NCBI GenBank assembly: GCA_040218735.1
Contig: JAVJQW010000041.1
Coordinates: forward strand, 352,001 to 416,000
Length of the DNA: 64,000 bases
Direction: 5' to 3'
Source: Deltaproteobacteria bacterium
GTDB lineage: Bacteria; Myxococcota; Kuafuiibacteriia; Kuafuiibacteriales; Kuafuiibacteriaceae
Shown here: positions 20,466-31,004 of the stretch, piece after piece
Position numbering within the stretch: the first letter of the stretch is position 1
Layout of the letters: every line of letters begins with the position of its first letter
The notes under the pieces: model-generated
Told to the model about the DNA's origin: nothing
Seen by the model: only the letters and a program-made list of their open reading frames with translations
Database searches by the model: none
Made by a program: the position numbers and the translations under genes

Positions 20466-22237
20466 GACGCGAGCACACCCGCGACGACGCCCTTGGCGAC
20501 CGGGTGGTAGCCGTCCTTCGCCGCCGCGAACGTCGCCTCGGCGACCTTCTTGCCCTCGGCGCCCTGCTCGACGAGCGCGACGTAGAGCGGGCGCAGGTAC
20601 TTCATGCGTCCGACCGTCTTCAGAGTCTGAGCGGCGGCGTCGAGCGCGGGGGCGTAGCCGGAGCGCGCGGCGATTTCGAGGAAGCCGACGCGGATCTCGT
20701 AGTTGTTCGAGGCCGCGAGCGAGAACGTCGCGTCGAGCCAGGTCAGCTCCTCGACCGCCATCGTCTTGGGGAGCTGCGACAAGAACACCTGCCACCCGTT
20801 TGCGTCGAACGCGCGCAGCGTCGCTTCGTCGGGGCGCGTGCCCTCCGCGTAGGCGGTCGCGAGCGCGCGGATGCCGTCGAGCTTGTCGGACTTCGCGACG
20901 GGGGCGTCGTCCGGGATCCCGCTGCCGTGAATCCAGCGGTCGAGATCGACCTTCGCGACGCCCTCCGGCAGCGCCTCCTTCACGAACGCCTCGAAGTCCG
21001 GCGTGGTGATCGACGAGAACGAGAACCGCTCGATGTACTTCAGGAGGAACGCGTCGAACGCCTCGCGGCCGACGGCTTCCTCCAGCGCGACGAGGAGCAA
21101 GAAGCCCTTCTCGTACGGCACGAGCGAGTAGACCTCGTCGGGGTCGACGCCCTGCAGATCGTTTTCGAGGCGCGTGAGCTTCGGGTCCTTCTTCGTGAGT
21201 CGCGCGACGTCGCGCTCCAGCGCTTCACGCCCGAGCGCCGCGTGCATCGCGCGCGCTTCGACACCCTCGAGCGCCTCGATGATCCTGCGCTCCGCGTAGA
21301 CGGTGAACCCTTCGTTCAACCAGAAGTCGTTCATGCTCGCGTTCGTCACGAGGTTGCCGGTCCAGGAGTGGGCGAGCTCGTGTGCGACGACGCCGACGAG
21401 GGAGCGGTCCTTCGCGAGCAACGTCGGCGTGAGGAACGTGAGCCGCGGGTTCTCCATCCCGCCGTAGGGGAAGGACGGCGGCATCACCAGCAGGTCGAAG
21501 CGGTCCCAAGGGTACGCGCCGAACAGCGCCTCCGCGCGCTCCAGCATCGAGCCGACGCTCTCGAACTCCCACGCCGCTTCGTCGAGGATCTCCGGCTCCG
21601 CGTACACACGCGTGCGCTCGCCGAGGTCGCGGCTCGCGATGTTCCCCGCGGCGAACGCGAAGAGGTAACTCGGGATGGGTTGCGGCATCTCGAACTCGTG
21701 CGTCGCGCGGTCCGGTGTCGCGTCCTCCTCGACGCGCCGAAGCGACGCCGCCGCCATCACCGCGACGAGGTTGCGCGGGACGTGAATCTTTGTGTGGTAG
21801 GTCGATCGGACGCGGGGCGTGTCCTGACACGGGAGCACGGAGCGCGCGTGAATCGCCTGGCACTGGGTGAACACGTACGGCGCTTCGCCGCCGGCGGTCA
21901 TCGCGGGTTCGAGCCACTGCAGGGCGCTCGCGTCGGGGGACGTCTGGTAGCGGACGACGACGACGTCGCCCGTCGTGTTCACGCGCAGGCGCGCGCCGCG
22001 GATCGGATCACGTGCGCCGAGCTCGTAGTCGAGCGGCTGACCGTCGCCGTCGGTGACGCTCTGGATCGCGAGGTCGCGGGTGTCGAGCGTGAGGGCGCCC
22101 TCGGCGGGGCGGTCGAGCTCGAGCCTCGCGGTGCCCGTGATCGTGCGGGCCCCGAAGTCGAGATCGAGCTCGAGGTCGATGTGGCGCGTGTTCGGCTCTG
22201 CGGCGTCGGCGTAGGCGTGGGGATCCAGCGTGACCAT
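20462..22237 (-). CDS. M1-family aminopeptidase (leukotriene A4 hydrolase-like)
   Basis: FPYGGMENP, HELAHSWTGNLVTN...WLNEG, PYEKG, GRMKYLRPLY. Confidence 0.95.
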
Positions 22238-22304
22238 CGCCTGGGCGTACCACAGGCGGGCCCCGCCTTGACACGGCGTTGTCTGGCGGCGAGCACAGGC
22301 CCCC

Positions 22305-23051
22305 ATGAAGCGTTACCTCGCTCTCGTCCTCCTCACGGCGTGCAGCACGCCCGCCAAGCCGGCGCCCGAGGCCTCGTCTTCGGATGCGCTCGACGCGGCG
22401 GTCGCCGCCGAAGGGCGCCCGGCCGACGATCGCGCGCGGGACGGTGACCGAAAGCCGGCCGAGATCATGCGTTACTTCGGCGTCGCGCCGGGTGCGACGG
22501 TCGTCGACCTGATGGGCGGCCGCGGTTACTACACGGAGCTGCTGTCGCGCGCCGTCGGCGCCGACGGGAAGGTGTTCGCGCAGAACAATCAGTTCATCCT
22601 CGAGAAGTTCGCGGAGGCGGACCTCGCCGAGCGTGTCGCGCGCCTCGAGCCGAAGAACATCGTTCGTCACGATCGCGAGCTCGATGACCTCGCGTTGCCG
22701 GCCGGCGAGGTCGACGTCGCGGTGATGATCCTGTTCTACCACGACGCCTTCTGGATGGAGGTGGACCGCGCCAAGACCAACGCGCAGATCTTCGCGGCGC
22801 TGAAGCCGGGCGGGATCTACGGGATCATCGATCACCACGCGGAGGCGGGCTCGAAGGACCGCGACGTGAAGACGCTCCACCGCGTCGACGCGGCCGTGGT
22901 GCGCGCCGAGATCGAAGCGGCTGGATTCGAGCTGATCGGTGAGTCCGAGCTGCTGCGCCACGCGGACGACGACCGCACGAAGAACGTGTTCGACCCTTCG
23001 ATCCGCGGCAAGACGGACCGCTTCGTCTTCAAGTTCCGAAAGCCCGAGTAA
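22305..23051 (+). CDS. Class I SAM-dependent methyltransferase-like lipoprotein
   Basis: Lipobox VLLTAC; RD..RKP.E, VVDLMGGRGYYT, LKPGG, DH, RGKTDRF. Confidence 0.85.
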   Translation: MKRYLALVLLTACSTPAKPAPEASSSDALDAAVAAEGRPADDRARDGDRKPAEIMRYFGVAPGATVVDLMGGRGYYTELLSRAVGADGKVFAQNNQFILEKFAEADLAERVARLEPKNIVRHDRELDDLALPAGEVDVAVMILFYHDAFWMEVDRAKTNAQIFAALKPGGIYGIIDHHAEAGSKDRDVKTLHRVDAAVVRAEIEAAGFELIGESELLRHADDDRTKNVFDPSIRGKTDRFVFKFRKPE

Positions 23052-23109
23052 GGCGTCTCACATCGTGCCGCGGGACGTTCTTCGCCTGTAGCGCCTGACG
23101 ACCGGGCCG

Positions 23110-24033
23110 ATGTTGACAGCGATGGCCACCCGGACCCCCCGACGCGACGACCAAGAGCTGATCGACCTCGAATGGATGCGGGAGAGCTCCACGCGCTCCG
23201 GTCCGAAGCTGAAGGGCAAGGAAGAGGTCAATCCAGTCCTCGCGAAGAAGGCGATGGACCGCATCGCCGAGCGCCTCGACTCGGAGCAGCCGATCGAAGC
23301 GACCCTCCCCGACGTCGCGCGACAGCTCTACGACCTGTCGCAGGACGTCAACGCCTCCTACGATCGCATCGCCAAGGTCGCCGGTCAGGATCCGCAGATC
23401 GCCGCACGCCTCATTCACCTGGCCAACACGTCCTACTACCAGCGCGACAAACCGGCCGACACCCTCCGTGACGCCGTGTTCCGCATCGGCCTCGGCGCCA
23501 TCCAGACCATGCTCATCCTCCCGGCCCTCGAGAAACGCCTCGTGCGCGACGAGGTCTCGACGAAGCTGTGGCGTCACTCACGTGTGGTCGCGGCCGTCAT
23601 GCCGTTCCTGGCGGGGCTCGCCAAGGTTCGCCCCGATCCGGCGATGCTCGCGGGGCTGCTCCACGACGTCGGGCGCATCGTCCTGTGGCTCGAGCTCGGG
23701 AAGGACAAACTCATCGCACCGTTCGTCGAGGACCTCGGCGACGTGCTGCACGAGTCGCTCGGTGGGCAGCTCGCGCGCCGGTGGTCGTTCCCCGAGTCGG
23801 TGGTCGCGGCGGTCGAGCACCACCACGCGCCGGATCCCGAACAAGCCGATTCGGAGGTCGAGCGGCTCCCGCACGTCGTGTGCATCGGAGATCGCTTGGT
23901 GCGCAGTCACGAGCTCGGGCTCCCCATCGACCCCTCCGCCATCCCGTCCGTCGGGGCGCTTGGGATCCCGGAGCGTCCGGTCGGTGCTCTATTCAAACGA
24001 ATCGCCAAGCTCGAGGCCGAAGCGCTCCACTGA
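23110..24033 (+). CDS. HDOD domain protein
   Basis: DPQIAARLIHLANT, LWRHS, AGLLHDVG, HE..G..LARRW.FP, HHH. Confidence 0.9.
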   Translation: MLTAMATRTPRRDDQELIDLEWMRESSTRSGPKLKGKEEVNPVLAKKAMDRIAERLDSEQPIEATLPDVARQLYDLSQDVNASYDRIAKVAGQDPQIAARLIHLANTSYYQRDKPADTLRDAVFRIGLGAIQTMLILPALEKRLVRDEVSTKLWRHSRVVAAVMPFLAGLAKVRPDPAMLAGLLHDVGRIVLWLELGKDKLIAPFVEDLGDVLHESLGGQLARRWSFPESVVAAVEHHHAPDPEQADSEVERLPHVVCIGDRLVRSHELGLPIDPSAIPSVGALGIPERPVGALFKRIAKLEAEALH

Positions 24034-24077
24034 CTGGCAACGTGGGCGAGCCTCGACTAGGATTCGTTCGGGCAACG

Positions 24078-25148
24078 ATGGCCACGAACTACGCCGCATT
24101 CGACCACCTCATCGAGGGTGCGCAGGTCATCGACGGCGACTATCGCTACGTCTACGTCAACGAAGCCGTGGCTGCGCAGGGCCGTACGACCGTCGAAGCG
24201 CTCACGGGTCGCAAGATGCAAGAGTGTTATCCGGGCATCGAGCAGACCGAGATCTATCGCCTGATCGGCGAGGTGGCCAAGGCGCGAGAGCCCAGGTCCC
24301 TGATCAACGAGTTCGACTTCCCGGACGGCGAGAAGGGCTACTTCCAGCTGAGACTTCAGCCGGTCGAAGAGGGGGTCCTCGTGATGTCGTTCGACATCAC
24401 GGCGCAGGTGCGCGCGAAGCGAACGCTCGAAGCCGTGAACGAGGAGCTGGAGCAACGTGTCGCGGAGCGCACCGCGCAGCTCGAAGAGAAGAACGAGGAG
24501 CTCGCGCAGCTCGTCTTCATGGCGTCCCACGATCTCCAGGGCCCGCTTCGTACGATCCTCGGGCTCCTCGACGTCCTGCAGGAGGACGTCCTGCCCGAGC
24601 GGATTCGTCCGTCGGTGGGTTTCATCGCGCGCGAGGCCGTGCGGATGCGGGACGTCGTGCACGACGTCGTCGCGTTCTCCGCGCTAGAGCCCACGGGGGC
24701 GACCGAATCCATTGACGCGCGGCGCGTCGTTCACGATGTCGTCGAGGAGCTGTCGAACGCGATCCGCGAGGCGGGCGCCGAGGTCGAGGTGGGCGCGCTC
24801 CCGACGGTCCAGGTCGACGAGCGCGCGCTGCACACGTTGTTCTTCGGGTTGCTGTCCAACGCGATCAAGTTTCGACGCCTCGACGAGCCCCCCCACGTGC
24901 GCGTTGATGCGCTGCGGGAGGATGCGCGGTGGGTGTTCTCGGTGGCTGACGACGGGATCGGCTTCGACATGCAGTACTGCGAGCGCGTGTTCACGATGTT
25001 TCAGCGGCTGCACAAGAAGACCGTGTACGAAGGCACGGGGATCGGCTTGGCGCTCTGCAGGAAGATCGTCGCGATGCACGGCGGCGAGATCTGGGTGAAG
25101 AGCTCGCCCGGCTCCGGGGCGACGTTCTACTTCAGTCTCCCGGTGTAG
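24078..25148 (+). CDS. Cytoplasmic PAS sensor histidine kinase
   Basis: PAS (YVYVNEA), SHDLQGPLR H-box, NAIKF, DDGIG, FQRLH, GTGIGLA; start moved to ATG 24078. Confidence 0.92.
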   Translation: MATNYAAFDHLIEGAQVIDGDYRYVYVNEAVAAQGRTTVEALTGRKMQECYPGIEQTEIYRLIGEVAKAREPRSLINEFDFPDGEKGYFQLRLQPVEEGVLVMSFDITAQVRAKRTLEAVNEELEQRVAERTAQLEEKNEELAQLVFMASHDLQGPLRTILGLLDVLQEDVLPERIRPSVGFIAREAVRMRDVVHDVVAFSALEPTGATESIDARRVVHDVVEELSNAIREAGAEVEVGALPTVQVDERALHTLFFGLLSNAIKFRRLDEPPHVRVDALREDARWVFSVADDGIGFDMQYCERVFTMFQRLHKKTVYEGTGIGLALCRKIVAMHGGEIWVKSSPGSGATFYFSLPV

Positions 25149-25680
25149 CGTCGGATCGGTCGGATCCGCGGTCGTGGTGGAGCGCGCCGAACGCGATCAC
25201 CGCGAGGGCGACATGGACGTTCAGGGACGCGCCCTTGCCGTACATCGGGATGAAGATCTTCTCGTCGACCTCGGCGAGCGCCTTCTTGGTGACGCCGTGG
25301 TCCTCGTGGCCGACGACCAGGCAGGCCTTCTCGGCGAACGCCACGTCGCAGTACGGCACCGCGTCATCCGTGATCTCGACGGCGTACACACGAAAGCCCG
25401 CGGCCTTCGTTCGGCGGATCGCGGCGACGGTGTCCTCCTCGTAGCGCCACGCGACGCGTTTGTCCTTGCCGCGCCCCACCTTGCCGATCAGCTTGTGCGG
25501 AGGCTGCGCGCTGATGCCCGTGAGGAGCATCGATTCGACCTTGCAGGCGTCCGCGATGCGAAATGCGGCGCCGACGTTGACCGGATCTTCGACGTCCTGG
25601 AGCAGGAAGCGAAGCGTCGTCTTCGACCGGGGCTGTCTGCGCATCATGCGCTTGATCTCGGTTTTTCGGGTCGGGCTCAT
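25132..25680 (-). CDS. TrmH/SpoU-family RNA methyltransferase
   Basis: DPVNVGAAFR, VVGHEDHGV, IPMYG..SLNV; start uncertain. Confidence 0.9.
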   Translation of the reverse strand: MSPTRKTEIKRMMRRQPRSKTTLRFLLQDVEDPVNVGAAFRIADACKVESMLLTGISAQPPHKLIGKVGRGKDKRVAWRYEEDTVAAIRRTKAAGFRVYAVEITDDAVPYCDVAFAEKACLVVGHEDHGVTKKALAEVDEKIFIPMYGKGASLNVHVALAVIAFGALHHDRGSDRSDATPGD

Positions 25681-25805
25681 TGGGGAGAACAGTCGCCGTC
25701 CGCTGGCGACCGTATCACTCATCTTAGAGCGCAAAAACAGGGTGGATCCGGAGGGTTGCGGAGAACCGGGTTCGGATGCCTATAAGGGGGCTCGGCGGTT
25801 CTTTC

Positions 25806-28400
25806 GTGCGCACGGAGACCACACTTCTTTCGGTCTTGTCGTTCGCGTTGGCGTTCGTGCTCCTCGCGACGGACGCGTTCGCGCAGGCGCCCGGACCGAT
25901 GTCCCGCGCCCACCGCGAGCTCAACGGTCCGCTCAACTGCAACAAGTGTCACGCGGCGGGGAACAGCGTCCCCGACGACAAGTGCCTCGCGTGCCACACC
26001 CACCAGCCGCTCCGCGCACGCATCCGCGCGAAGAAAGGCTTCCACGCGACGGACGACGTCAAGAGCAAGGCGTGCAAGGACTGCCACGCGGAGCACGTCG
26101 AGGAGCCGCCCGGGTCCGGCAAGGGGCGACGCACGACGATCGACTGGCGACCGTTCGGCGGTAAACGCAACTTCAACCACCGACTCACCGGGTGGCCGCT
26201 CGAGGGCGCGCACCGCTACGCGAAGTGCGAGAAGTGCCACGACAAGAAGTACCCGAAGTCGAAGTTGCCGACCTACCTCGGCGCGCGCGGGGAGTGCACG
26301 ACCTGTCACTTCGGAACGAAGAAGAAGGGCGGGGTCGGCGGCCACAACCCGCACGAGTTCACGGACGTCACGCTGACGAACTGCCAGACGTGCCACTCGT
26401 TCGCGAACTTCAAGGTGCTCAACCTCGGCGCGACGAAGTTCGACCACGACAAGACCGCGTACCCGCTCGTCGGGCGGCACCTGAGGAACAAGTGCGTCGA
26501 GTGTCACGAGGACATCAAGACGTTCAAGGTGAAGAAGGACTTCTCGGACTGCAAAGGCTGTCACGAGGACTCGCACCGCTCCGTCATCTCGGCGACGCGC
26601 AAGTGCAGCAGCTGCCACAACCCGAAGACGGTGTTCCGCAAGACGCGCTTCGATCACGGCAAGGAGACGACGTTCCCGCTGCGTGGCCAACACGCGAAGA
26701 ACCGCTGCAAGGACTGTCACAAGCTCGGGAGCAAACCCGAGAAGCCGTCGAAGCGCTGCGAGAGCTGCCACGAGGACGCGCACGAGAAGCGCTTCGACCC
26801 CGAGCCGTGTGAAGGCTGCCACCTCGATACGGGGTGGAAGAACATGCGGTTCGACCACGACAAGAAGACGAAGTTCAGGCTGACGGGCCAGCACGAGAAG
26901 ACGAGCTGCACGACGTGTCACCGCTTCGGGATCAAGAAGCGATTCGAGCGGTTCAAGACGACGGACTGCGCGTCGTGCCACGCGCACGACCAGGCGCACT
27001 GCGGTCAGTTCGGGCTCGAGAACTGTCAGCGCTGCCACGTGCAGGGCGGCGACCGGACTTCGAAGTTCGACCACGCGGTGACGCGCTTCCCGCTCGAGCG
27101 TGCGCACGCGGCGGTCGACTGCTCGCGTTGCCACAAACCCGCGAAGCTCGGCAACTCACCCGAGTGCCGCGACGCGGTGAAGTACACCGGCCTCGATCCG
27201 CAGTGCGCGGGGTGTCACGTCGACATCCACAAGGGTGAGCTCGGTGACGACTGCGCGAAGTGCCACACGAGCGGCGAGAACTTCAAGACGCTGGTGTTCG
27301 ACCACAACGCGGACTCGCGGTTCCCGCTGACCGGTTTCCACCAGCTCGTCGAGTGCGAGAACTGCCACCCGGGGCGAAAGTACAAGATCGAGCAGATCGT
27401 CTGCGTCGACTGCCACAAGAAGGACGACGTCCACATCGACGCGCTCGGTACGGACTGCGCGAAGTGCCACGAGACGACCGGCGGCGCGCCGAAGTTCGAG
27501 CACGACATCCACACCGAGTTCGAGCTGCGCGGGACCCACCGCCGCATCGAGTGCGAGCGCTGCCACTTCCTGACGCCGGACGGTCTGTCCTACGCGGAGG
27601 CCACGCAGGCGCCCGACGCCGGCGTCGTCGACGCAGGAGTGGGCGGCGCCGACGCGGGCGTGAACGCGGCCGACGGCGGTGCGCCGGACGGCGGCGTGGT
27701 CGCGAAGGCCGCCGAAGCGAAGGCCGCCGAAGCAAAGGCCGCGCGCATCCTCGCGTCGACGGCCGAGCCGGGGGCTCCGCTCGACCTGCAGTTCCGCGCG
27801 GCCGGGAAGGCCTGCGATACCTGCCACCCCGACCCGCACAAGGTCCGCGAGTCACTCGACTGCGGTTCGTGCCACGGCGAGGCGACGTGGAAGAGCCCGC
27901 CGAAGAACGGCTACCACGAGCGCGCGGGCTTCGCGCTGACGGGCGCGCACACGGTCGTCGCGTGTTCGATGTGCCACTCCGGCGCGGGGAGCCTCGCGGG
28001 GCGCGGCGAGCGTTGCGGCGGATGCCACCAGCAGGACGACGTACACGCGGGGTCGCTGCGCTCCGACTGCGGTCGTTGCCACGACCAGTCGGCGTGGATG
28101 CCGACGACGTTCAACCACGTCGACACCGGCTACGTGCTGCAGGGGCTGCACCGCACACTCGACTGCCGTCAGTGCCACCAGGCCGGTAACTTCTTCATCG
28201 GCGGGCAGCGCTGTGCGAACTGCCACCTCGACGATTACCGGCAGTCCGACTGGCACAACATCGACCTGATCGTGAACCGCGGCTTCGTCGGCGTGGACAA
28301 GTTCTACGTCGTCGGCGGCCAGTCGATCGAACAAGAGAGCTTCGAGTGCGACTACTGCCACAAGAACCAGTGGTCGTGGGAGCTGGGGGTCATCGAGTGA
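25806..28400 (+). CDS. Exported 30-heme cytochrome c (ten triheme modules)
   Basis: Signal peptide ending AFA-Q; 30 CxxCH motifs counted by hand; repeating F(D/N)H...(F/Y)PLxGxH-x4-CxxCH..CxxCH.D.H..CxxCH unit; GTG 25806 preferred over ATG 25776. Confidence 0.95.
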   Translation: MRTETTLLSVLSFALAFVLLATDAFAQAPGPMSRAHRELNGPLNCNKCHAAGNSVPDDKCLACHTHQPLRARIRAKKGFHATDDVKSKACKDCHAEHVEEPPGSGKGRRTTIDWRPFGGKRNFNHRLTGWPLEGAHRYAKCEKCHDKKYPKSKLPTYLGARGECTTCHFGTKKKGGVGGHNPHEFTDVTLTNCQTCHSFANFKVLNLGATKFDHDKTAYPLVGRHLRNKCVECHEDIKTFKVKKDFSDCKGCHEDSHRSVISATRKCSSCHNPKTVFRKTRFDHGKETTFPLRGQHAKNRCKDCHKLGSKPEKPSKRCESCHEDAHEKRFDPEPCEGCHLDTGWKNMRFDHDKKTKFRLTGQHEKTSCTTCHRFGIKKRFERFKTTDCASCHAHDQAHCGQFGLENCQRCHVQGGDRTSKFDHAVTRFPLERAHAAVDCSRCHKPAKLGNSPECRDAVKYTGLDPQCAGCHVDIHKGELGDDCAKCHTSGENFKTLVFDHNADSRFPLTGFHQLVECENCHPGRKYKIEQIVCVDCHKKDDVHIDALGTDCAKCHETTGGAPKFEHDIHTEFELRGTHRRIECERCHFLTPDGLSYAEATQAPDAGVVDAGVGGADAGVNAADGGAPDGGVVAKAAEAKAAEAKAARILASTAEPGAPLDLQFRAAGKACDTCHPDPHKVRESLDCGSCHGEATWKSPPKNGYHERAGFALTGAHTVVACSMCHSGAGSLAGRGERCGGCHQQDDVHAGSLRSDCGRCHDQSAWMPTTFNHVDTGYVLQGLHRTLDCRQCHQAGNFFIGGQRCANCHLDDYRQSDWHNIDLIVNRGFVGVDKFYVVGGQSIEQESFECDYCHKNQWSWELGVIE

Positions 28401-30361
28401 TCGGGTGGCGTCGGTGGCTCGCGGTCTTGGTCGTCGCGGTGTTCGCGCTCGACGTCGCGCCGCCGCTCGTCGATGCGCAGATCGCGTGGGCGCAGGGGGA
28501 CGACGACAAACCCAAGAAGAAGAAGCGCCGAAAGCGTCGTCGCCGAAAGAAGCGGCGCAAGAAGACGGAAGAGAAGCCCGCCGCCGAGCCGGTGAAGGAC
28601 TCGGGGACGCCGACCGCCGAGGAGCTGCGCATCGAAGCGGAGAAGCGTCGCCTCGAGATCGAGAAGAGGCGCGTCGAGGCCGCGAAGAAGAAGCGCGAGG
28701 CCGAGGGTCGCAAGACGTCGGCGCTGCGAACCGGTGCGCCCTCACGGTGGTCGAACCGCGGCGCGATGGAGCCGATCGTGTCGGAGGTGCCCGTGACGGC
28801 GCCGCTGCCCGCGCGCAACGTGCCGAAGCCCGTCGGCGTCGAGACGCCGGGCCAGAAGTTGTTCGAGGGGGACGAGGTGCTGTCGGCGCGGCTGTCGCTC
28901 TCGGGGACGCAGCTCACGACGCGGGGGCAGGACCAGGTGTTCGACGGCGCGAACCTCGTGCCGGATCGCGACCGCGACATTCAGCTCCTGCGGGGGCGCG
29001 CGACGCTCGCGTATCAGCACATCGCGGGGTCCGACTTCGGCGCGCACGTCGATCTCGAGTACCGCCCGTCCTACAACGTGTCGCGGTTCACGGATCAGCG
29101 GGTCAACGAGCTGTACGTGAGCTACGGGCTCACCGATTTCCGGGGCGGGGCGTCGGGGCCGGCCTTCGGTGTGGCGCTCGGCCGCCTCGCGATCCGCGAG
29201 GCGGGGTACGCACAGGCGGACGGCGCGGCGGTGCGGGTGCGGCTCCTCGACGAGCTACACCTCGGCGCGTTCGGCGGCATCACCGGCAACCCGTACGGCT
29301 ACAACTGGCGGCGGCGGTCGAGTGAGTTCGTCAGCGCGGACTGGATCACCGGCGGGCTGTTCTCCGCGGTGCGTGTGGGGCCGTTCGCAGCGAACGTCGC
29401 GGGGGTCGTGACGCTCTCCAACTCCTCCGACGTGCTCGGCGTCGAAAACGGCATCGACCGCATCTACGCTGCGTTGGACTTGAGCTACCTGATCGCGCCG
29501 GACCTCAACGTCTTCGCGCAGGGCAAGCTCGACGTGCTCCCGTCCGGGCAGCTGATCCAGAACCTCGAGCTCACCGGCACTTGGACGCCGAGCACGCGTG
29601 CGTCGGTGTCCGCGTCGGTTGGTCGGTTCAGCACGGTCGTGTACGAGCAGTCGGCGCGTTACACGTACGAGGTCGACCCGGCGGGCAACCTGTTCCTCCC
29701 GAACGATCCCCAGGTCGGGAACCGGCAGATCGTCGACGAGGACGGCAACCCGATCCTCCCGTTCGACGCGGCGCTCTTCACGACGGTCTACAACCAGGCG
29801 CGGGTGCGCGGCGGGTATCGCGTGCTGCGCGAGGTGGAGATCTACGGTTCGTTGAATGCGCTGCTGCGTGACTTCACCTCCACGAACGACGCCCTCGCGG
29901 AGCTCGGCATCGACGCGCAGGTGCCGGGGAGCTCGCTGCGGCTCCTCCCCGCGGCCGGCGCGCGTTACCGCAACCCGGACATCGTGGACCTCAACCTGGA
30001 GCTCACGGGGGTGCTCGACGATCGCTCGAACACCGACGCGATCGTCGCTGCGGGCATCGGTCGCGACCTGTTCGGCCTCTACCTGGGCGCGGACGTGCGG
30101 CGGTACCTGGGCGCGATCGCCGGGACGGACGCCGGCGTGAACCTCGCGTACACGCTGCCGCGCGACTGGCTCCCGGGTGCGTTCATCCTCCGGGGCACGG
30201 TGCGGTACTTCCAGGAGAACGTCCTGCTCATCCGTCCGGACCTCGACCCGGACGGTAACGAGATCGAGAACGACGACGGGCAGAACCGCACCATCCAGGG
30301 GACGGAGTTCACCAACCAACAGACGGTGTTCCTCTTCGCGGGCGCCGAGTGGCGACTCTGA
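28397..30361 (+). CDS. Probable outer-membrane beta-barrel (porin-like) protein
   Basis: GTGA overlap with the cytochrome stop; signal peptide; K/R-rich N-terminal region; alternating beta-strand patterns (FGAHVDLEY, YAALDLSY, AGVNLAY); C-terminal FLFAGAEWRL beta-signal-like strand. Confidence 0.75.
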   Translation: MIGWRRWLAVLVVAVFALDVAPPLVDAQIAWAQGDDDKPKKKKRRKRRRRKKRRKKTEEKPAAEPVKDSGTPTAEELRIEAEKRRLEIEKRRVEAAKKKREAEGRKTSALRTGAPSRWSNRGAMEPIVSEVPVTAPLPARNVPKPVGVETPGQKLFEGDEVLSARLSLSGTQLTTRGQDQVFDGANLVPDRDRDIQLLRGRATLAYQHIAGSDFGAHVDLEYRPSYNVSRFTDQRVNELYVSYGLTDFRGGASGPAFGVALGRLAIREAGYAQADGAAVRVRLLDELHLGAFGGITGNPYGYNWRRRSSEFVSADWITGGLFSAVRVGPFAANVAGVVTLSNSSDVLGVENGIDRIYAALDLSYLIAPDLNVFAQGKLDVLPSGQLIQNLELTGTWTPSTRASVSASVGRFSTVVYEQSARYTYEVDPAGNLFLPNDPQVGNRQIVDEDGNPILPFDAALFTTVYNQARVRGGYRVLREVEIYGSLNALLRDFTSTNDALAELGIDAQVPGSSLRLLPAAGARYRNPDIVDLNLELTGVLDDRSNTDAIVAAGIGRDLFGLYLGADVRRYLGAIAGTDAGVNLAYTLPRDWLPGAFILRGTVRYFQENVLLIRPDLDPDGNEIENDDGQNRTIQGTEFTNQQTVFLFAGAEWRL

Positions 30362-30425
30362 CCGACGCGACTTTTTTCTCAGTATTGTCGCACCAAAACC
30401 CACCTTCGCCCGATAAGTCCTGACG

Positions 30426-30938
30426 ATGGTCTCCATTCGCAGGTTCGATCCCGTTCCCGTCGGAACCACCCCCTTCGGCGGCGCGCCTATCGGCACGCAG
30501 GTCCGCGTCGGCTTCGGGGAGTTCCTGGCGAAGCCGCCGGCGGGCACGTTGTGGCACCGCCCCGGGCCGTCGGACGCGTTCACGCTCCACGCGGAGCAGC
30601 GCCACCCTGTCCTCGAGCCGGGGGATGTGGTCGGCGTGCGGCCCGGCGGGCTCATCCCGACGCCCCCGATGGGCTGCCACTACATCCGCATCTACGACGA
30701 CGTGCCGGAGGCCAAGAAGAGCCAGGCCGCCGAGATGTACAAGCTGATGGGGCCACAGCCGGCACCGATGTTCGCAGCGTTGCCGAAGCCGAGGCCGAGC
30801 CTGCAGGGTGCGGTCGCGCTGAGCTCGCGCATCCCGATGTTCCCACCCGCGGACGCCGGCAAGCGCTGGTTCCCGTTCCTCGTGGACGGTCGCAACCTCC
30901 AGAGCTTCCAGGCGGTCCCCGTCAGCGTCGCAGCGTGA
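30426..30938 (+). CDS. Hypothetical Pro-rich protein
   Basis: Fills the gap with coding-like codon usage; CCCGATAA at 30409-30416 just upstream. Confidence 0.6.
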   Translation: MVSIRRFDPVPVGTTPFGGAPIGTQVRVGFGEFLAKPPAGTLWHRPGPSDAFTLHAEQRHPVLEPGDVVGVRPGGLIPTPPMGCHYIRIYDDVPEAKKSQAAEMYKLMGPQPAPMFAALPKPRPSLQGAVALSSRIPMFPPADAGKRWFPFLVDGRNLQSFQAVPVSVAA

Positions 30939-31004
30939 GAACGCGGGGAGGCGAGCGCTTGCCGCTTGCCTCCCATAGGACTCGATGTCAGGCATGGCCG
31001 CAAC

